Made by a program: the position numbers and the translations under genes. DNA of 63,367 nucleotides, the filler included, from Octopus bimaculoides (lineage: Eukaryota): NCBI RefSeq assembly GCF_001194135.2. It is 11 parts of 8 records of this genome, joined end to end, with 100 filler letters (N's around TTAATTAATTAA, not from the genome) between each part and the next. Parts side by side here need not be neighbours in the genome. Positions count along the whole stretch, not along the records: positions 49,143 to 51,382 come from NC_068981.1; positions 51,483 to 59,530 come from NC_068983.1; positions 59,631 to 63,367 come from NC_069000.1; 8 more parts are not named here. One strand, written 5' to 3'. The notes beneath the pieces are model-generated. The model saw only the letters and a list, made by a program, of their open reading frames with translations. It was not told where the DNA came from and did not search any database. Positions 49,412 to 62,189 of the stretch are shown here, piece by piece (the stretch's first letter is position 1; each line of letters begins with the position of its first letter).

Positions 49412-49932
49412 CGAGTGAGAGAGCAGTGCATGCCGTCAAAGTGACAATGGGGTACAAATATACGAAGCCCAATATACCCGTCTGATAAGGGTTCACCAGG
49501 CATATGCATCACAACCATATGTGCGCGACATAGTGATCTCATCAAGATAAACAGCGCATGATCTTGCAGGTGAGGCCCAGTTATCGAGTAGCCCATCCCG
49601 CTCAAAAGGTCCCTGAATAAGGGTTGTTTAAGGATGTTGAACGATACACCCATGTTTCCAAATGTGAATTATCCAAACCCCAAAGAATTTCTTTTAACAT
49701 ATAGCTATGATGCTCCCCCACTACTTCTGCTGGTGATCAGAGATGCATATATCGCCAGCCACTAAGGGACATGCTCAACTGGTTAAGGTCAAACAACTGA
49801 CTAGCAAACCTGTGGTATTGAGCAGAATATTTACTGTAGCCCATCTTTTTATACTAAGACAAAACAATGTACATGATAACACTTCCAATCAATTAAGATC
49901 AGGAGCCATGAGAGCCAGTGCCTGGCACTGCA
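49411..49932 (-). mobile_element. Unclassified GC-richer element of about 520 bp with (AAT)n tail
   Basis: Sharp composition change; bounded by (TTA)n (49345-49410) and (CAT)n/(CAC)n; no credible ORF. Confidence 0.45.
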
Positions 49933-49933
49933 A

Positions 49934-49974
<41 letters not shown>

Positions 49975-50961
49975 CCACCACCACCACCACCACCACCACC
50001 ACAACCACCACCACCACCACCNNNNNNNNNNNNNNNNNNNNNNNNNNNNNNNNNNNNNNNNNNNNNNNNNNNNNNNNNNNNNNNNNNNNNNNNNNNNNNN
50101 NNNNNNNNNNNNNNNNNNNNNNNNNNNNNNNNNNNNNNNNNNNNNNNNNNNNNNNNNNNNNNNNNNNNNNNNNNNNNNNNNNNNNNNNNNNNNNNNNNNN
50201 NNNNNNNNNNNNNNNNNNNNNNNNNNNNNNNNNNNNNNNNNNNNNNNNNNNNNNNNNNNNNNNNNNNNNNNNNNNNNNNNNNNNNNNNNNNNNNNNNNNN
50301 NNNNNNNNNNNNNNNNNNNNNNNNNNNNNNNNNNNNNNNNNNNNNNNNNNNNNNNNNNNNNNNNNNNNNNNNNNNNNNNNNNNNNNNNNNNNNNNNNNNN
50401 NNNNNNNNNNNNNNNNNNNNNNNNNNNNNNNNNNNNNNNNNNNNNNNNNNNNNNNNNNNNNNNNNNNNNNNNNNNNNNNNNNNNNNNNNNNNNNNNNNNN
50501 NNNNNNNNNNNNNNNNNNNNNNNNNNNNNNNNNNNNNNNNNNNNNNNNNNNNNNNNNNNNNNNNNNNNNNNNNNNNNNNNNNNNNNNNNNNNNNNNNNNN
50601 NNNNNNNNNNNNNNNNNNNNNNNNNNNNNNNNNNNNNNNNNNNNNNNNNNNNNNNNNNNNNNNNNNNNNNNNNNNNNNNNNNNNNNNNNNNNNNNNNNNN
50701 NNNNNNNNNNNNNNNNNNNNNNNNNNNNNNNNNNNNNNNNNNNNNNNNNNNNNNNNNNNNNNNNNNNNNNNNNNNNNNNNNNNNNNNNNNNNNNNNNNNN
50801 NNNNNNNNNNNNNNNNNNNNNNNNNNNNNNNNNNNNNNNNNNNNNNNNNNNNNNNNNNNNNNNNNNNNNNNNNNNNNNNNNNNNNNNNNNNNNNNNNNNN
50901 NNNNNNNNNNNNNNNNNNNNNNNNNNNNNNNNNNNNNNNNNNNNNNNNNNNNNNNNNNNNN

Positions 50962-50999
<38 letters not shown>

Positions 51000-51085
51000 A
51001 TAAAGAAAAGTTTATAAAAAAATTTTTAATCACTGAGCTGTACATTTTTCATCTTTTTAAAACAAAGACCATACACAGTCACCAA

Positions 51086-51295
51086 TCATGGCACTATTCT
51101 AGCAGCCCTGTCCATTATTACAGTGTTTTGATGAAGCCTTTCATCGCGATCCTCAATGGCGTTACTTAAGTTTTTCGCGGAAAAAGAGAGAAGAAAAAGA
51201 TCAAGACGAAAATACAAAATGTACTCCTTTGAAGACCTGAGGGAGGTCATGTTTTTTATACATCTTGCAATCGGCTCCCTATAGCTAGGACACAT
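51086..51295 (-). mobile_element. Chapaev3-like (CMC) transposase C-terminal relic
   Basis: SYREPIARCIKNMTSL...ILYFRLDLF...NLSNAIEDRDERLHQNTVIMDR, similar to the recalled NY..LV..LL..Y..LGCNMSLKIHFLHSHLDFFP.NLG.VSDEHGERFHQDI..ME.R. Confidence 0.55.
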
Positions 51296-51318
51296 GTGAG
51301 TTCATAGAAATCCATGAA

Positions 51319-51382
<64 letters not shown>

Positions 51383-52895
51383 NNNNNNNNNNNNNNNNNN
51401 NNNNNNNNNNNNNNNNNNNNNNNNNNTTAATTAATTAANNNNNNNNNNNNNNNNNNNNNNNNNNNNNNNNNNNNNNNNNNNNTATATATGTACATATATA
51501 CATGTATAGATGTATGCCTGTGTATTTATAAACCTATGTATAGACACTGACCTTGAATTCTTAAATTATTCTCTGTCTATCTTTTTTATTTTATGTGACT
51601 ATGTTGCATGACTTCCTTGCTTCGCATGAATACACACATGCATATATACATACACAAATCTGTGTGTGTGTGTGTGTGTGTGTGTATGCATGTATGTATG
51701 TATATGGATGTGTGTATATAGATGTTAATAGTGAAATAAAAGAATGAGGAATCAATATTGCATAGGTGGATGAATAATTTTTTTTTCTAATTGAATTGTG
51801 TTAGTGTTAATATAATACCAATGGTTTCATGCGTATGTATTCAATTGTAGTTTGAATAAGGGTCTGATATGAGATCATAGATGAAACAAATTTCACAAAT
51901 GATCACTGCACTTCACTTATCTGCCTATATGTATACATACGTGTATGCTTATGTATGTGTGTATGCATGTATGTATGTATGTATGTATGTATGTATGTAT
52001 GTATGTATGTGTGTGTGTCTGTGTGTGTGTATGCATGTATTTGCATGTATGTATGTATGCATGTATGTATGTGTGTATGTATCTATATATATATGTATAT
52101 GCATATATGCATGTGTGTATGTATATGCATGTATGTAGCATGCGTGTATGTATGTGTGTGTGTGCATATGTATGTATATGCATGCATGTATGTATGTGTG
52201 CGTATGCATGTATGTATGTATTGTGTGTATGTGTCTATGTATGTATGGATTGTGTGTTTGTATGCATGTGTGTATGTATGTATGTGTGTGTATATGTATA
52301 TGTATGTGTATATGTGTGTGTGTATGTGTGTGTGTGTATGTGTGTATGTATCTGTGAATATGTACCTAACTTTAAGTGTATAATACGTGTATGTGCGTGT
52401 AAGAATATATATATGTAAAGACAATATATATATATATATATATCTTAAATAAAAGTCTGATTCAGCTCCACATGGCTCTAAGTTCTGTGGGTGAATAGGA
52501 CAAGTCCATCTGAGCAGATACTTGGGGCTGGCTCAAGCTATTATCAAAAGTATATCTAACATCTAACAAATGGGTTGAGTGCTACTCTCTTTGCGATGTT
52601 TTTTTTTTGTGATTTTTTACAGTTTTGATAAAAAAGTATGTTACTCTGCCTTCGGTATTTGAGCACTATTTCCCCTACACCCCTTGTTTTGCATTTATTT
52701 GCTTACTCGTGTATATATAATATATAAATATAATTCCAATACGGAGCAAATAATTTAGCAGAAAGTATTTGCAAAGATACTATTTACTCTATTATTTTCT
52801 GAGATAAAATAATTAAATTGATAATAACAGAATTAATGATATAGACGACTGCAGCCCCCCCCCCCGCAAAAAAAAACATTAAATTGTTGAAATAT

Positions 52896-53181
52896 TAAAA
52901 TTTATATGAATCAAAGGACATACTGAGTATGTTTACCTGCTGGAAATAACAGTCAAAACTCTTATTTAAGCTACCGAAAACTAACACAAGTTCAAATACT
53001 AGAAAATATACACCTGGATGCTATATTGGTATGTTGAATAATTTTCTTAACCTGTATGCTCGAAGACGGTTGATTTCTGTAGTTATCGTCAGTGCTATTT
53101 TTCAGCAGTTTAAATAAGTTTTGACTGTTATTTCCAGCAGGTAGTCATACTCAGCATGTCCTTTGATTAATATAAATTTTA
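52896..53181. mobile_element. MITE, 286 bp with about 90-bp terminal inverted repeats, TA at both ends
   Basis: 52896-52987 is the reverse complement of 53092-53181 (cctgctggaaataacagtcaaaact / agttttgactgttatttccagcagg); a TIR fragment recurs at about 54872-54888. Confidence 0.85.
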
Positions 53182-54071
53182 CATGCCACTGGCACAGGGA
53201 GCCAGTCAGGCAGCACTGGCAATATCTAATTAATTTAACCTATTCCAGTATTAGTACAGATACTTATATCACTGACCTTAGTTAAATAAACTGTTGAATT
53301 ACCATTTGTGTGATTTGAAAGCTAGAATATAGGGAAACAAACTAAGCCCTGTCATACGTTTTATTACCTTTCCAATTAAGAGTAAAACTTTAGAAAAAAA
53401 AGCTAAAAAGAAACTAACCCCTCATCATCATCATGTAACGTCCGTTTTCCATGCTGGCATGGGTTGGAAGGTTTGACAACAGCTGGCAAGCCAGAGGGCT
53501 ACACCAGGCTCTGTTTGTCTGTTTTGGCAACTTTCTATCGCTGGATGTCTTTCTTAACACCAGCCACTTCACTGTGTGTACTGGGTTATTTTTATGTGAC
53601 GCCAGCACCAGTAGGGTCGGCAAGTCTTCTCAGCTGAGAGAGGAAGTGGAACTAAGAGGAGTGACCATGGGCCAGGTGTGCAGTTAGAATATAATAGGGG
53701 CAGGGGAGAGGGTGAGATTGCTGTCTTATGATAGAGGACAAGTAAGGAGGGGAAGGTGGGAGAGAATTAGAAAGAAAAATAGACAGTCAGACTGAGAAAG
53801 AGAGAGAGAGAGAGATGACCTACACCCTGGGAAAAGTAGGGTGGGGAGTATATGCAGTAGAGGGGATTGAGGGGATATTCCATAAGAGGTTTGCTGCTTT
53901 GGCATGATTTTTATGGCTGGATTCCCTTCCTATTGCAAGCCATTTTTACAAAGTGGATTAGGTGCTTTTTATGTAGCACCAACATCAGTGAGGTGTCCTT
54001 TTAATGAATCCATTCAATAAATCTTTTTAATAAATCTTTCCCCTGTAATTTTCTCATTTGTTTTCTTTTAG

Positions 54072-54189
54072 GTTTTTGATGATGGTTCTTTGTACATCAG
54101 TAGCATTGGTATCCACCATATTGGTAATTACTCTTGCCATGACAAAGAGGACGCCAGCATTAAGCAGACACATGTACTCAAAGTACACA
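54072..54189 (+). CDS. FSTL5: Internal coding exon, follistatin-related protein 4/5-like; C-terminal half of first Ig domain
   Basis: Acceptor ttttcttttAG and donor GTAAGT; 118 nt open: VFDDGSLYISSIGIHHIGNYSCHDKEDASIKQTHVLKVH+a. Contains the Ig DGSLxI and GNYxC motifs and a QTHVL strand that I recall from invertebrate FSTL4/5-like proteins. Phase-compatible with the next exon (a+tg = Met). Confidence 0.85.
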
Positions 54190-54291
54190 GTAAGTAGAAG
54201 GGTTTTCCTTTTTACCTGTAATTAAAAGAATGGACCCTTTGTGTTGTGACTCGGAACATAAAAACAAACGTACATACATACATACATGCAT

Positions 54292-54337
<46 letters not shown>

Positions 54338-55861
54338 TCATCATCATCATCGTTTAACGTCATTTTCCATGCTGGCATGNNNNNNNNNNTGCTGGCATGG
54401 GTTGGACTGTTTGACTGGGGTCTGGGAAGCCAGGAGGCTGCACCAAGTTCCAATCTGATCTGGCACAGTTTCTACAGCTGGATGCCCTTCCTAACGCCAA
54501 CCACTCTGAGAGTATAATGGGTGCTTTTTACGTGCCACCAGCACGGGACCAGAGGAGACTGGCAACAACCACAATTGGTTGGTGCTTTTTCCGTGCCACT
54601 GGCATGGACGCCAATTAAGGCAGCGCTGGCCATGACCACGCTCGGATGGTGCTTTTTATGTGCCACCAGCACGGGGATCACAACTACAATATCTATTTGA
54701 TTTTGATGTATATATGTATGCATACTTGAATATAAAACTTGAGTACTAGGTTATCCATATTTCTTTGCCATTCCTCTAGAGGTAAGACAAAAACTTTTTA
54801 TATTCACCGCGTACATACTTCTTTGCTGCTATACATTCAGTGAAGCTTTACAATAGCATCATACGGTTATGTGACTGTTATTTCCAGCAAACACTGGTAC
54901 CTTGTTGTGCCACTATTTCTTATTTGTTCATATATATATCTCTGCATACTCCTCTTGCTTTTCCATCCACCAAATCCTTTCATAATATTTTGATTGGCTG
55001 GGGCTATAATAGAAGAAACACTAACCCAAGGTGCCACAGATGTCACACAGTGGGACTGAACCCAANNNNNNNNNNGGGGGGGGGGAAACGAACATCTGGA
55101 ATTTTATTTATTTCTAATTATTTTATCATTAAATAATTTCAGTTTGAATACCATCCTTTTCTAAATAGTTCCATCTGTTCTGTTTGTTATATTTCAATGC
55201 GGAAGAATTTGCTATCTTCCCAAACTGACAAGATTTGTCAATTTGATAGCATTAGCGCCGTGTATTGAAAGTGTTGTTTCAAAGATGAACTTCAAGCTTT
55301 GAAAATATCAAAAACTATGACATGGACGTATATTTTTTTTGTTGTTGTTTTACCTTAGCAATCCTCTTTTTTCCCTTTTCCCTTTTCTTTTCTTCTTCTT
55401 CTTTTCCTTTCTGTTCTCTTTTTCTCTGTCTTTCGTTCAAGGATTATTCCCCTTCATTTTCGTCATAAAATGTCAGCTACATTAAATAAATACATAAGAG
55501 AACATACATTTTTTTTTACCCTGAAAAATCTTTTTATTTTCTCTATTTGCTTATTTGATGTTTTAAGCTTGACTTTAATGTTTCTGTTTTAATCATTGAA
55601 AAACGTATTTTTTCATCATACTTGATGCACACGTGTGTGCTTTACCTGAGTGTGTGTGTATCTGAATGCATATATGTACCTGTGCATATGTGTGCATGTA
55701 TGCCTATGTATGTGTCTGTAGTATGTATGTGTAAGCATGTAGTATGTATATATGTGTTTGTATATATTTATATATATATATATATACAAGTTTATGTATG
55801 TGGTACAAATATATGTATATATGCATACATATATATATATGTATGTATATATATATCTATG

Positions 55862-55892
<31 letters not shown>

Positions 55893-56631
55893 GAATATCT
55901 ATATCTATGTGCATAAATATGCACACGCATATTCTTTTATCTCACTTTTTCAAAATATGCAGTATGAAAATGAATTTTATTAACTGATTTTCTCATCTAT
56001 TTAGTACGCGATATAAAACTTCAAAGGTTTCTGTTCGATAAAAGTAGCAACAACAACAACAACAACAACAACAACAGCAGCAGCATTAGTAGTACCAGTG
56101 GTGGTAGTGGTGCTGGTGATGGTGGTAGCATTAGCGTTTCCTAAATTATGTAGGGAAACATATTCCTTCAAATAAATTAAATGAGACACTGTTAAATCCA
56201 TGACTCCACTTTTCATAAACCCAGATTAAGGACACTAATTTGATAAGATCCTATTTTAAAACAAAGTCCTTCGTCTATTAATCAGTTAAGGTATTATTCT
56301 CAAATGAAGTCCTTACTTTTAGTCAGGTTAGGTCAGGTGTGGAGGCCATGGACTGTAGGAGTGTTTTGCTGCATTCACCATTTGTTGGTATATTCCTGGG
56401 TCCTTCAGGGCAGCCCTTTGAGCAGATTTTCAATCAGTTCTCATCTCCTTGACTGCTGTGACCAATTGACTCCTGTACTTTTATTCAGTCTGGTACTTAT
56501 TCTATCGGTCTCTTTTGCTGAACCCTAAAGTTATGGGGGAGGGGGGGACATAAACAAAGCAACACCAGTTGTCAAGCTGTGAAGGGGACAAACACAAGTT
56601 CAGACATACTCACACACACACATGCACACAC

Positions 56632-56698
<67 letters not shown>

Positions 56699-57923
56699 AT
56701 GGACATCTACCATCTCTTAAATTCTCTCCCAAGGCATTGATCAGCCAAGGGCTAAAGTAGACGACACAAAGTGCTGTACAGTGGGATTAAAACCAAAACT
56801 ACTTGATTGCAAAATGAGCTTTCTAACCCCTCCTCCACACACAGATCAAATGAGTGTGTGTGTGTGTGTGCGTGTGTTTGGAATAAAAGTAGAACTCATT
56901 TCTCTCCACATTCATGACTTAATGGTACTCTATAGATGTTGAGTACCATTAAAGCATAAACTCCAATTTCTGTCTCCTCCATTTTTAATCCTCAATATGG
57001 TTGTATTCAAAGATCGTTTTAACTGATTAGGTTTCTACATTGCAAGTCTTCTCCATTTGGATTCACTGCATTCTAATAATGTGTTGGATCTATTAATTGA
57101 GCTCTTAATTATTATGGATTTAATTTTAGTTTTTCATGTTTATACATCAATTCTTTCTTTCCTTTTCTCTTTCTCTCTCTCCTTCTCTTTCTCCTTCTTT
57201 CAGCCTCTCTCTGTCTCTGTCTGTCTGTCTATCTGTCTCTGTCTCTCTCTTCCTCTCTCTCTCTCTCTTCATGTACAAATGCATAGGTGTGTGGTTAAGA
57301 AATCGACTTTTCAGCCTTGTGGCTTGAGGCTCAATTCCACTGTATTGTGATCAACCAATGCCTTGTGAGGAAATTTGTTAGATGGAAACTGAAAGAAGCC
57401 TACTGTGTGTGTGTGTGTGTGGGGGGGTGATTGCTGACAGTCTGCAATAAGCAAATGTTACCATTTTTAGCTGCGTGACAATCGCTGCTATTTGCTGACA
57501 TTTCCTTTGCAGAAAATCATAATACAGTTCGTTGCTTTTGAATTCTTCAACAACAAAACCTGCTTCACTTGAAGAGCAATGAAAGATTGGTGTCAAGAAG
57601 TGCATCCGTTTAGAATAGTTCTACCGCAAACACTCACCTTGTCTAACCCATGCTAACATGGAACAATGAAAGTTAAACAAACAAAAGACACACACAAATA
57701 TGCACACACACACACACACATGCACTCACACATGCACATGCACTCACACACGCACATTGCTGACATCTTAAGTATTTTATAAACTTCTGAGAGAATCTGA
57801 AACAATTATCTTTTTGAATGCCTTGAAGCACACACATACATCTATTGACAATAGCATTAAATAATGGTTTTGAGATTCCTTTGGTTTTATGTGTGTACTT
57901 TGAGATATTCCAAACAATTAATA

Positions 57924-58495
57924 TATATGAAGGAGAGTCAAAACTATACACATTCTTGTTTTTTCAATGTATTTACACAAAAGCAGGGGACAAACCAGTA
58001 CGTCATTTTCCCATATCGTCCCTTTTCGTTTTTGATGCACTTGGTCCAGTGGTCCACAAGCTTGCATATTCCCTCCAAGAAGAAGGTTTCCGGTTGGTCA
58101 TGCAACCATTTATGCACCGCTTCCTTCACATCCTTATCCATAGGAAATCAATGACCTCGTAAACCATCTTTGAGCAGTCCAATGATATGATAGTCAGAAG
58201 AGGCGAGATCTGGGCTGTAGACAGGGTGTTCCAGCACCTCAAAACTCAATTGGACACATCTTCTGACCAGAGAAATTGGATCACTGCTTTTTGTTCTTCT
58301 TTGGTGCACATTGTGAGTGGAGCAGCCATGCTTACACTGTAAAACCAAACAAAAAAATGGTGCGATCAGGCTCAAACGTTGATCACATGACCACAAAAGT
58401 AACAACTATAAGCACACATGTGTAGAAGGTAGTGTGGCAATAATAAAGATATGTTATGGCAAAAGTGTGGATAATTTTTTACTTCCCCTCATTTA
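57924..58495 (-). mobile_element. Internally deleted mariner (DD34D) element with both TIRs
   Basis: VLEHPVYSPDLASSDYHIIGLLKDGLRG / DVKEAVHKWLHDQPETFFLEGICKLVDHWTKC; TIRs tatatgaaggagagtcaaaactatacac and rc(gtgtggataattttttacttcccctcattta). Confidence 0.88.
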
Positions 58496-59004
58496 CAATT
58501 ATATGATTATATATATACAACATACAATTATATATATATATATACATATATAAGCACATAGCCACTTCTCTTGGTTCCTCTCCGTCTCTTAGCTAAGAAG
58601 TCTATGTCTTGCAGGCTACTTAGTGACCCTGTGGATGCTGGTGCCACATAAAACACCCATGTTGGTGTGCTGCAGAGAGTAGCCAGTACACTCTGTAGAG
58701 TGGTTGGCATTAGGAAGGGCATCCAGCCATAGAAACCATGCCAAAAAGATGACTGGAGCCTGGTGCAGCCCTCTGGCTTGCCAGCTTTTGTCAAACCATC
58801 CAACTCATGCCAGCATAAAAAATGGATGGTAGAAAGATGATGATGATGATGATATATACGTTGCTAAGGAATGTTCTAGTGAATAATAAATGTATAAAAT
58901 CAGTATTAGTCATGGAATCCTTGTATTTATATAAATTGTTTATTTACTTTGTTCCCAAAAGTGTTTTAATATTTTCTCACGCATTCCAATTCTTTAATTT
59001 ACAG

Positions 59005-59163
59005 TGCCACCCAAAGTAATGGTGTCTCCTTCAACCCAGCTACACAAATCTCATTCGGATGTCGTACTCAAGTGCCATGCCGAAGGAATTCCTCGTCCGG
59101 AGCTGAGTTGGGAGATAAATGAAATGCCGCTGCCAAACAATGCCAAACATTACATTAGACAAC
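59005..59163 (+). CDS. FSTL5: Internal coding exon, follistatin-related protein 4/5-like; N-terminal half of second Ig domain
   Basis: Acceptor tctttaatttacAG and donor GTGAGT; 159 nt open: (M)PPKVMVSPSTQLHKSHSDVVLKCHAEGIPRPELSWEINEMPLPNNAKHYIRQ+c. Matches the recalled FSTL4/5 Ig2 start (VPPVIRVYPESQ...LRCHAEGIP.P...W). Confidence 0.88.
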
Positions 59164-59480
59164 GTGAGTATTAACACCACACGGCCTTTTTTGGGTTTGA
59201 AGAATTGTTTAAGCTTATTTCTTTAAGTGAAGGAGATAATGATAAAAGATGATGATAATAACCATAATAATAATGGTTTCAAGTTTTGGGGGAGGGGGAC
59301 GAGTCGATTACATTGGTCCCCAATGTTCAACTGACTCCGAAAAGGTGAAGGGCAAAGTTGACCTGGGTGGAATTTCAACCTAGAACATAGTGACAGGTGA
59401 AATACTGCTAAGCATTTCGTCTATTGTGCTAACAGTTCTGCCAGCTCACCACCTTAATAATAATAATAACAATAATAATA

Positions 59481-59526
<46 letters not shown>

Positions 59527-59960
59527 TAATNNNNNNNNNNNNNNNNNNNNNNNNNNNNNNNNNNNNNNNNNNNNTTAATTAATTAANNNNNNNNNNNNNN
59601 NNNNNNNNNNNNNNNNNNNNNNNNNNNNNNATATACATACAGTAAGAAACTGAGGAATCCTTCAAAGGGGTGTGTTAAACATGCAATTCACTGATACGTC
59701 AGTTGGATACCATATATACATACACAGGGAGGCATATATACATAGAAACGTATACATAGAAACATATCCATACATGCACATCACTATATTTCTCTCACTC
59801 TGTCTTTTTTTTACTTTACCCTTCTCTTTGTCTCTGTCTTTCCCTTCTTTTCCCCACTCTCCCTCCCTCTCTATTTCCATTCACTACCCTTCTTTCCTGT
59901 CCACTCCATTGGTTTCTATATACCTTCTCCTTCCCTCACACTTCTCTCTCACAATCCTTT

Positions 59961-60031
<71 letters not shown>

Positions 60032-60472
60032 CTTTTTACTGCTTATCTCATTCTCACTCTCATCTATTTCTATAACTCTCACTGTCCCTCTTGCTTCTCT
60101 TCTGCTATCTTTCATTCTCTCTCTGCCCCCTCTCTCTCTCTTTATCCTTATTTCATCTATCTAGACATCTTATTAATCCCCCACCTCTCACTCCCCCCAT
60201 CCTCGCTGAACCTCTCATCAATCTGAAGAAAGTCTTAATTGTTCTCTTCAAGAAATTAAATGAGTTGATTAGAGTCATGTTGGCATGTCAGCTGAACATG
60301 TGTTTAATGTGCTGTGTACGTGTATGTGTGTGTATACGTGTGCTTATGTGTGTGTGATTGCGTGTGTGTGTGTGTGATTGTGTATACGCAAGCAGAAGTG
60401 CATTTGGATTTACAAATGGCAGATACTAGTACTCAAATACATCTAGAGGAGTTCATACGTGTATATATATAT

Positions 60473-61035
60473 CATCATCATCGTTTAACGTCCGCTTTCC
60501 ATGCTAACATGGATTGGATGATTTGACTGAGGACTGGCAAGTCAGGAGGCTGCACCAGACCCCAGTCTGATCTGGCAGAGTTTCTACAGCTGGATGCCCT
60601 TCCTAATGCCATCCACTCCGAGAGTGTAGTGGGTGCTTTTACCTGCCACCTGCACGAAGGCCAGTCAGGCGGTACTGGCAACGGCCACACTCAAAAAAAT
60701 GTTTTTTACGTGCCACCTGCACGAGAGCCAGTCCAGCAGCACTGGCAACGACCTTGCTCGAATGATGATTTTCTAACATGTCACCAGCACAAGTACAAGA
60801 AAGCGACACCAGCAACAACCACACCCAAATGGCGCCACCCATGGGCCACCAGCACGGAAGCCAGACAGCTGTTCTGTCAATGAACATGCTCGGACAGTGC
60901 TGTTAGTGCTCCACTGGTGCAGGTGCCAGTCATCGAATATGGTTCAATTATGATTTCGATTTCACTTGCCCCAACAGGTTTTCACAAGCAGAGTTTAGTG
61001 TCCAATGAAGGAGAGGTTGGCATGGGTACTCTTTT
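60473..61035 (-). mobile_element. RTE 3'-UTR-derived short element with (GAT)n tail (SINE or truncated LINE)
   Basis: Aligns with 11986-12500; other copies at about 53423-53620 (-), 54334-54700 (-), 58560-58852 (+) and 62190-62474 (+). Confidence 0.85.
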
Positions 61036-61915
61036 ACTGGTTTGCTCGAGTTGCAAAAGCAGCAACAACAACCGCAAGAACAATAATAGCAACAACAGCA
61101 ACAACAACAACTGCAAGAACAACAACAATAACAATTACAGCTGCAAATGCTGCAATTAATGAATGGTAAGTCGTCCATAAAAATATATATAAAAATTTCA
61201 AACTTTCAAATGGTTATGGGTGGTGGGGCAGTAGAGTGAAATAGGAATCAAAGTGGTCTATAGGCAAAAAATGGACAAGAACCACCGGTCTAAATAATGA
61301 ATTTCTCTGCAAGAAAAGTGACTAATTGCTAAAAGTTGTCAATTGAAGTAAGGAAACCATTATCAGTGAAGAAAGAAATTTGCCATTTAGCATGGATTTC
61401 AGTAAATAATGGAGAAATATAAGATGGCTGTTTGACTGGGAAAGATTGTTTCTCTAACAATTGTTCCTCTCTTCCAGCTATTCACAGGCCTCAGTTTTGC
61501 TCTATATGATATTTTATTGTCTTGTAGGGACACAATATTTCCTTATACAACCATAATATACGATAAAGTATATTAAAGGTTTTTTTTTTGTAAGCCAATA
61601 CCATGTTTTAAGTGATGATATTTTATAGCCATGGTCAAAACGTCTCCCTATGGATCCTGCCAGGAACCAGCAAAATCTTACCAACAATTGTCACAACTTT
61701 GGTAAAGATTTATGGCCAGAGGTGGAGAAAGATCACCATTATCTATGATGTAAAGTCAAACAGCATTCCGTTACCACCTTTATAAAAAGAGGTGAACAAA
61801 GTTATTGTTGTTGATTTTGTTTAACCTCAGGTCAGTTCTGATCAAGCAGACCTATAATCAGATCATTCCAGCCATGACTATTACGTCGTATTTTCAAGGA
61901 TATATTGCCAGTGCC

Positions 61916-62189
61916 CAGTGGCTCAGGAACGAAATTTGCTTAGGGGGTGCAAACCCAGGTCCAAAATTTTTTACAAATTTGGTTTTGTTTTTTTTTTCTG
62001 TTATTCATTTTTGTGATTTGTTCTTTGAGAAGGAACCTAACTTCAAGGTACTTTTTACACATCACTTTTTTATTCACGGTTTTGTAAACCTGAGTAAAAT
62101 AAGTAGGGCTGCAAATTTTGGTTCTGCACTCCGCAAAAATTCTAGGGTTTGCACTTGCACCACCTGCACCCCCTGTTCCCGGGCCCATG
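61916..62189. mobile_element. hAT-type MITE (274 bp) with 8-bp target-site duplication CCAGTGCC
   Basis: TSD at 61908-61915 and 62190-62197; imperfect 15-bp TIRs CAGTGGCTCAGGAAC / rc CATGGGCCCGGGAAC; interrupts an RTE-tail element. Confidence 0.88.

Noticed and set aside
56919-56952. 12-bp hairpin (also 32536-32571)
   Set aside because: These look like tiny MITE-like remnants or chance hairpins, with no further structure.
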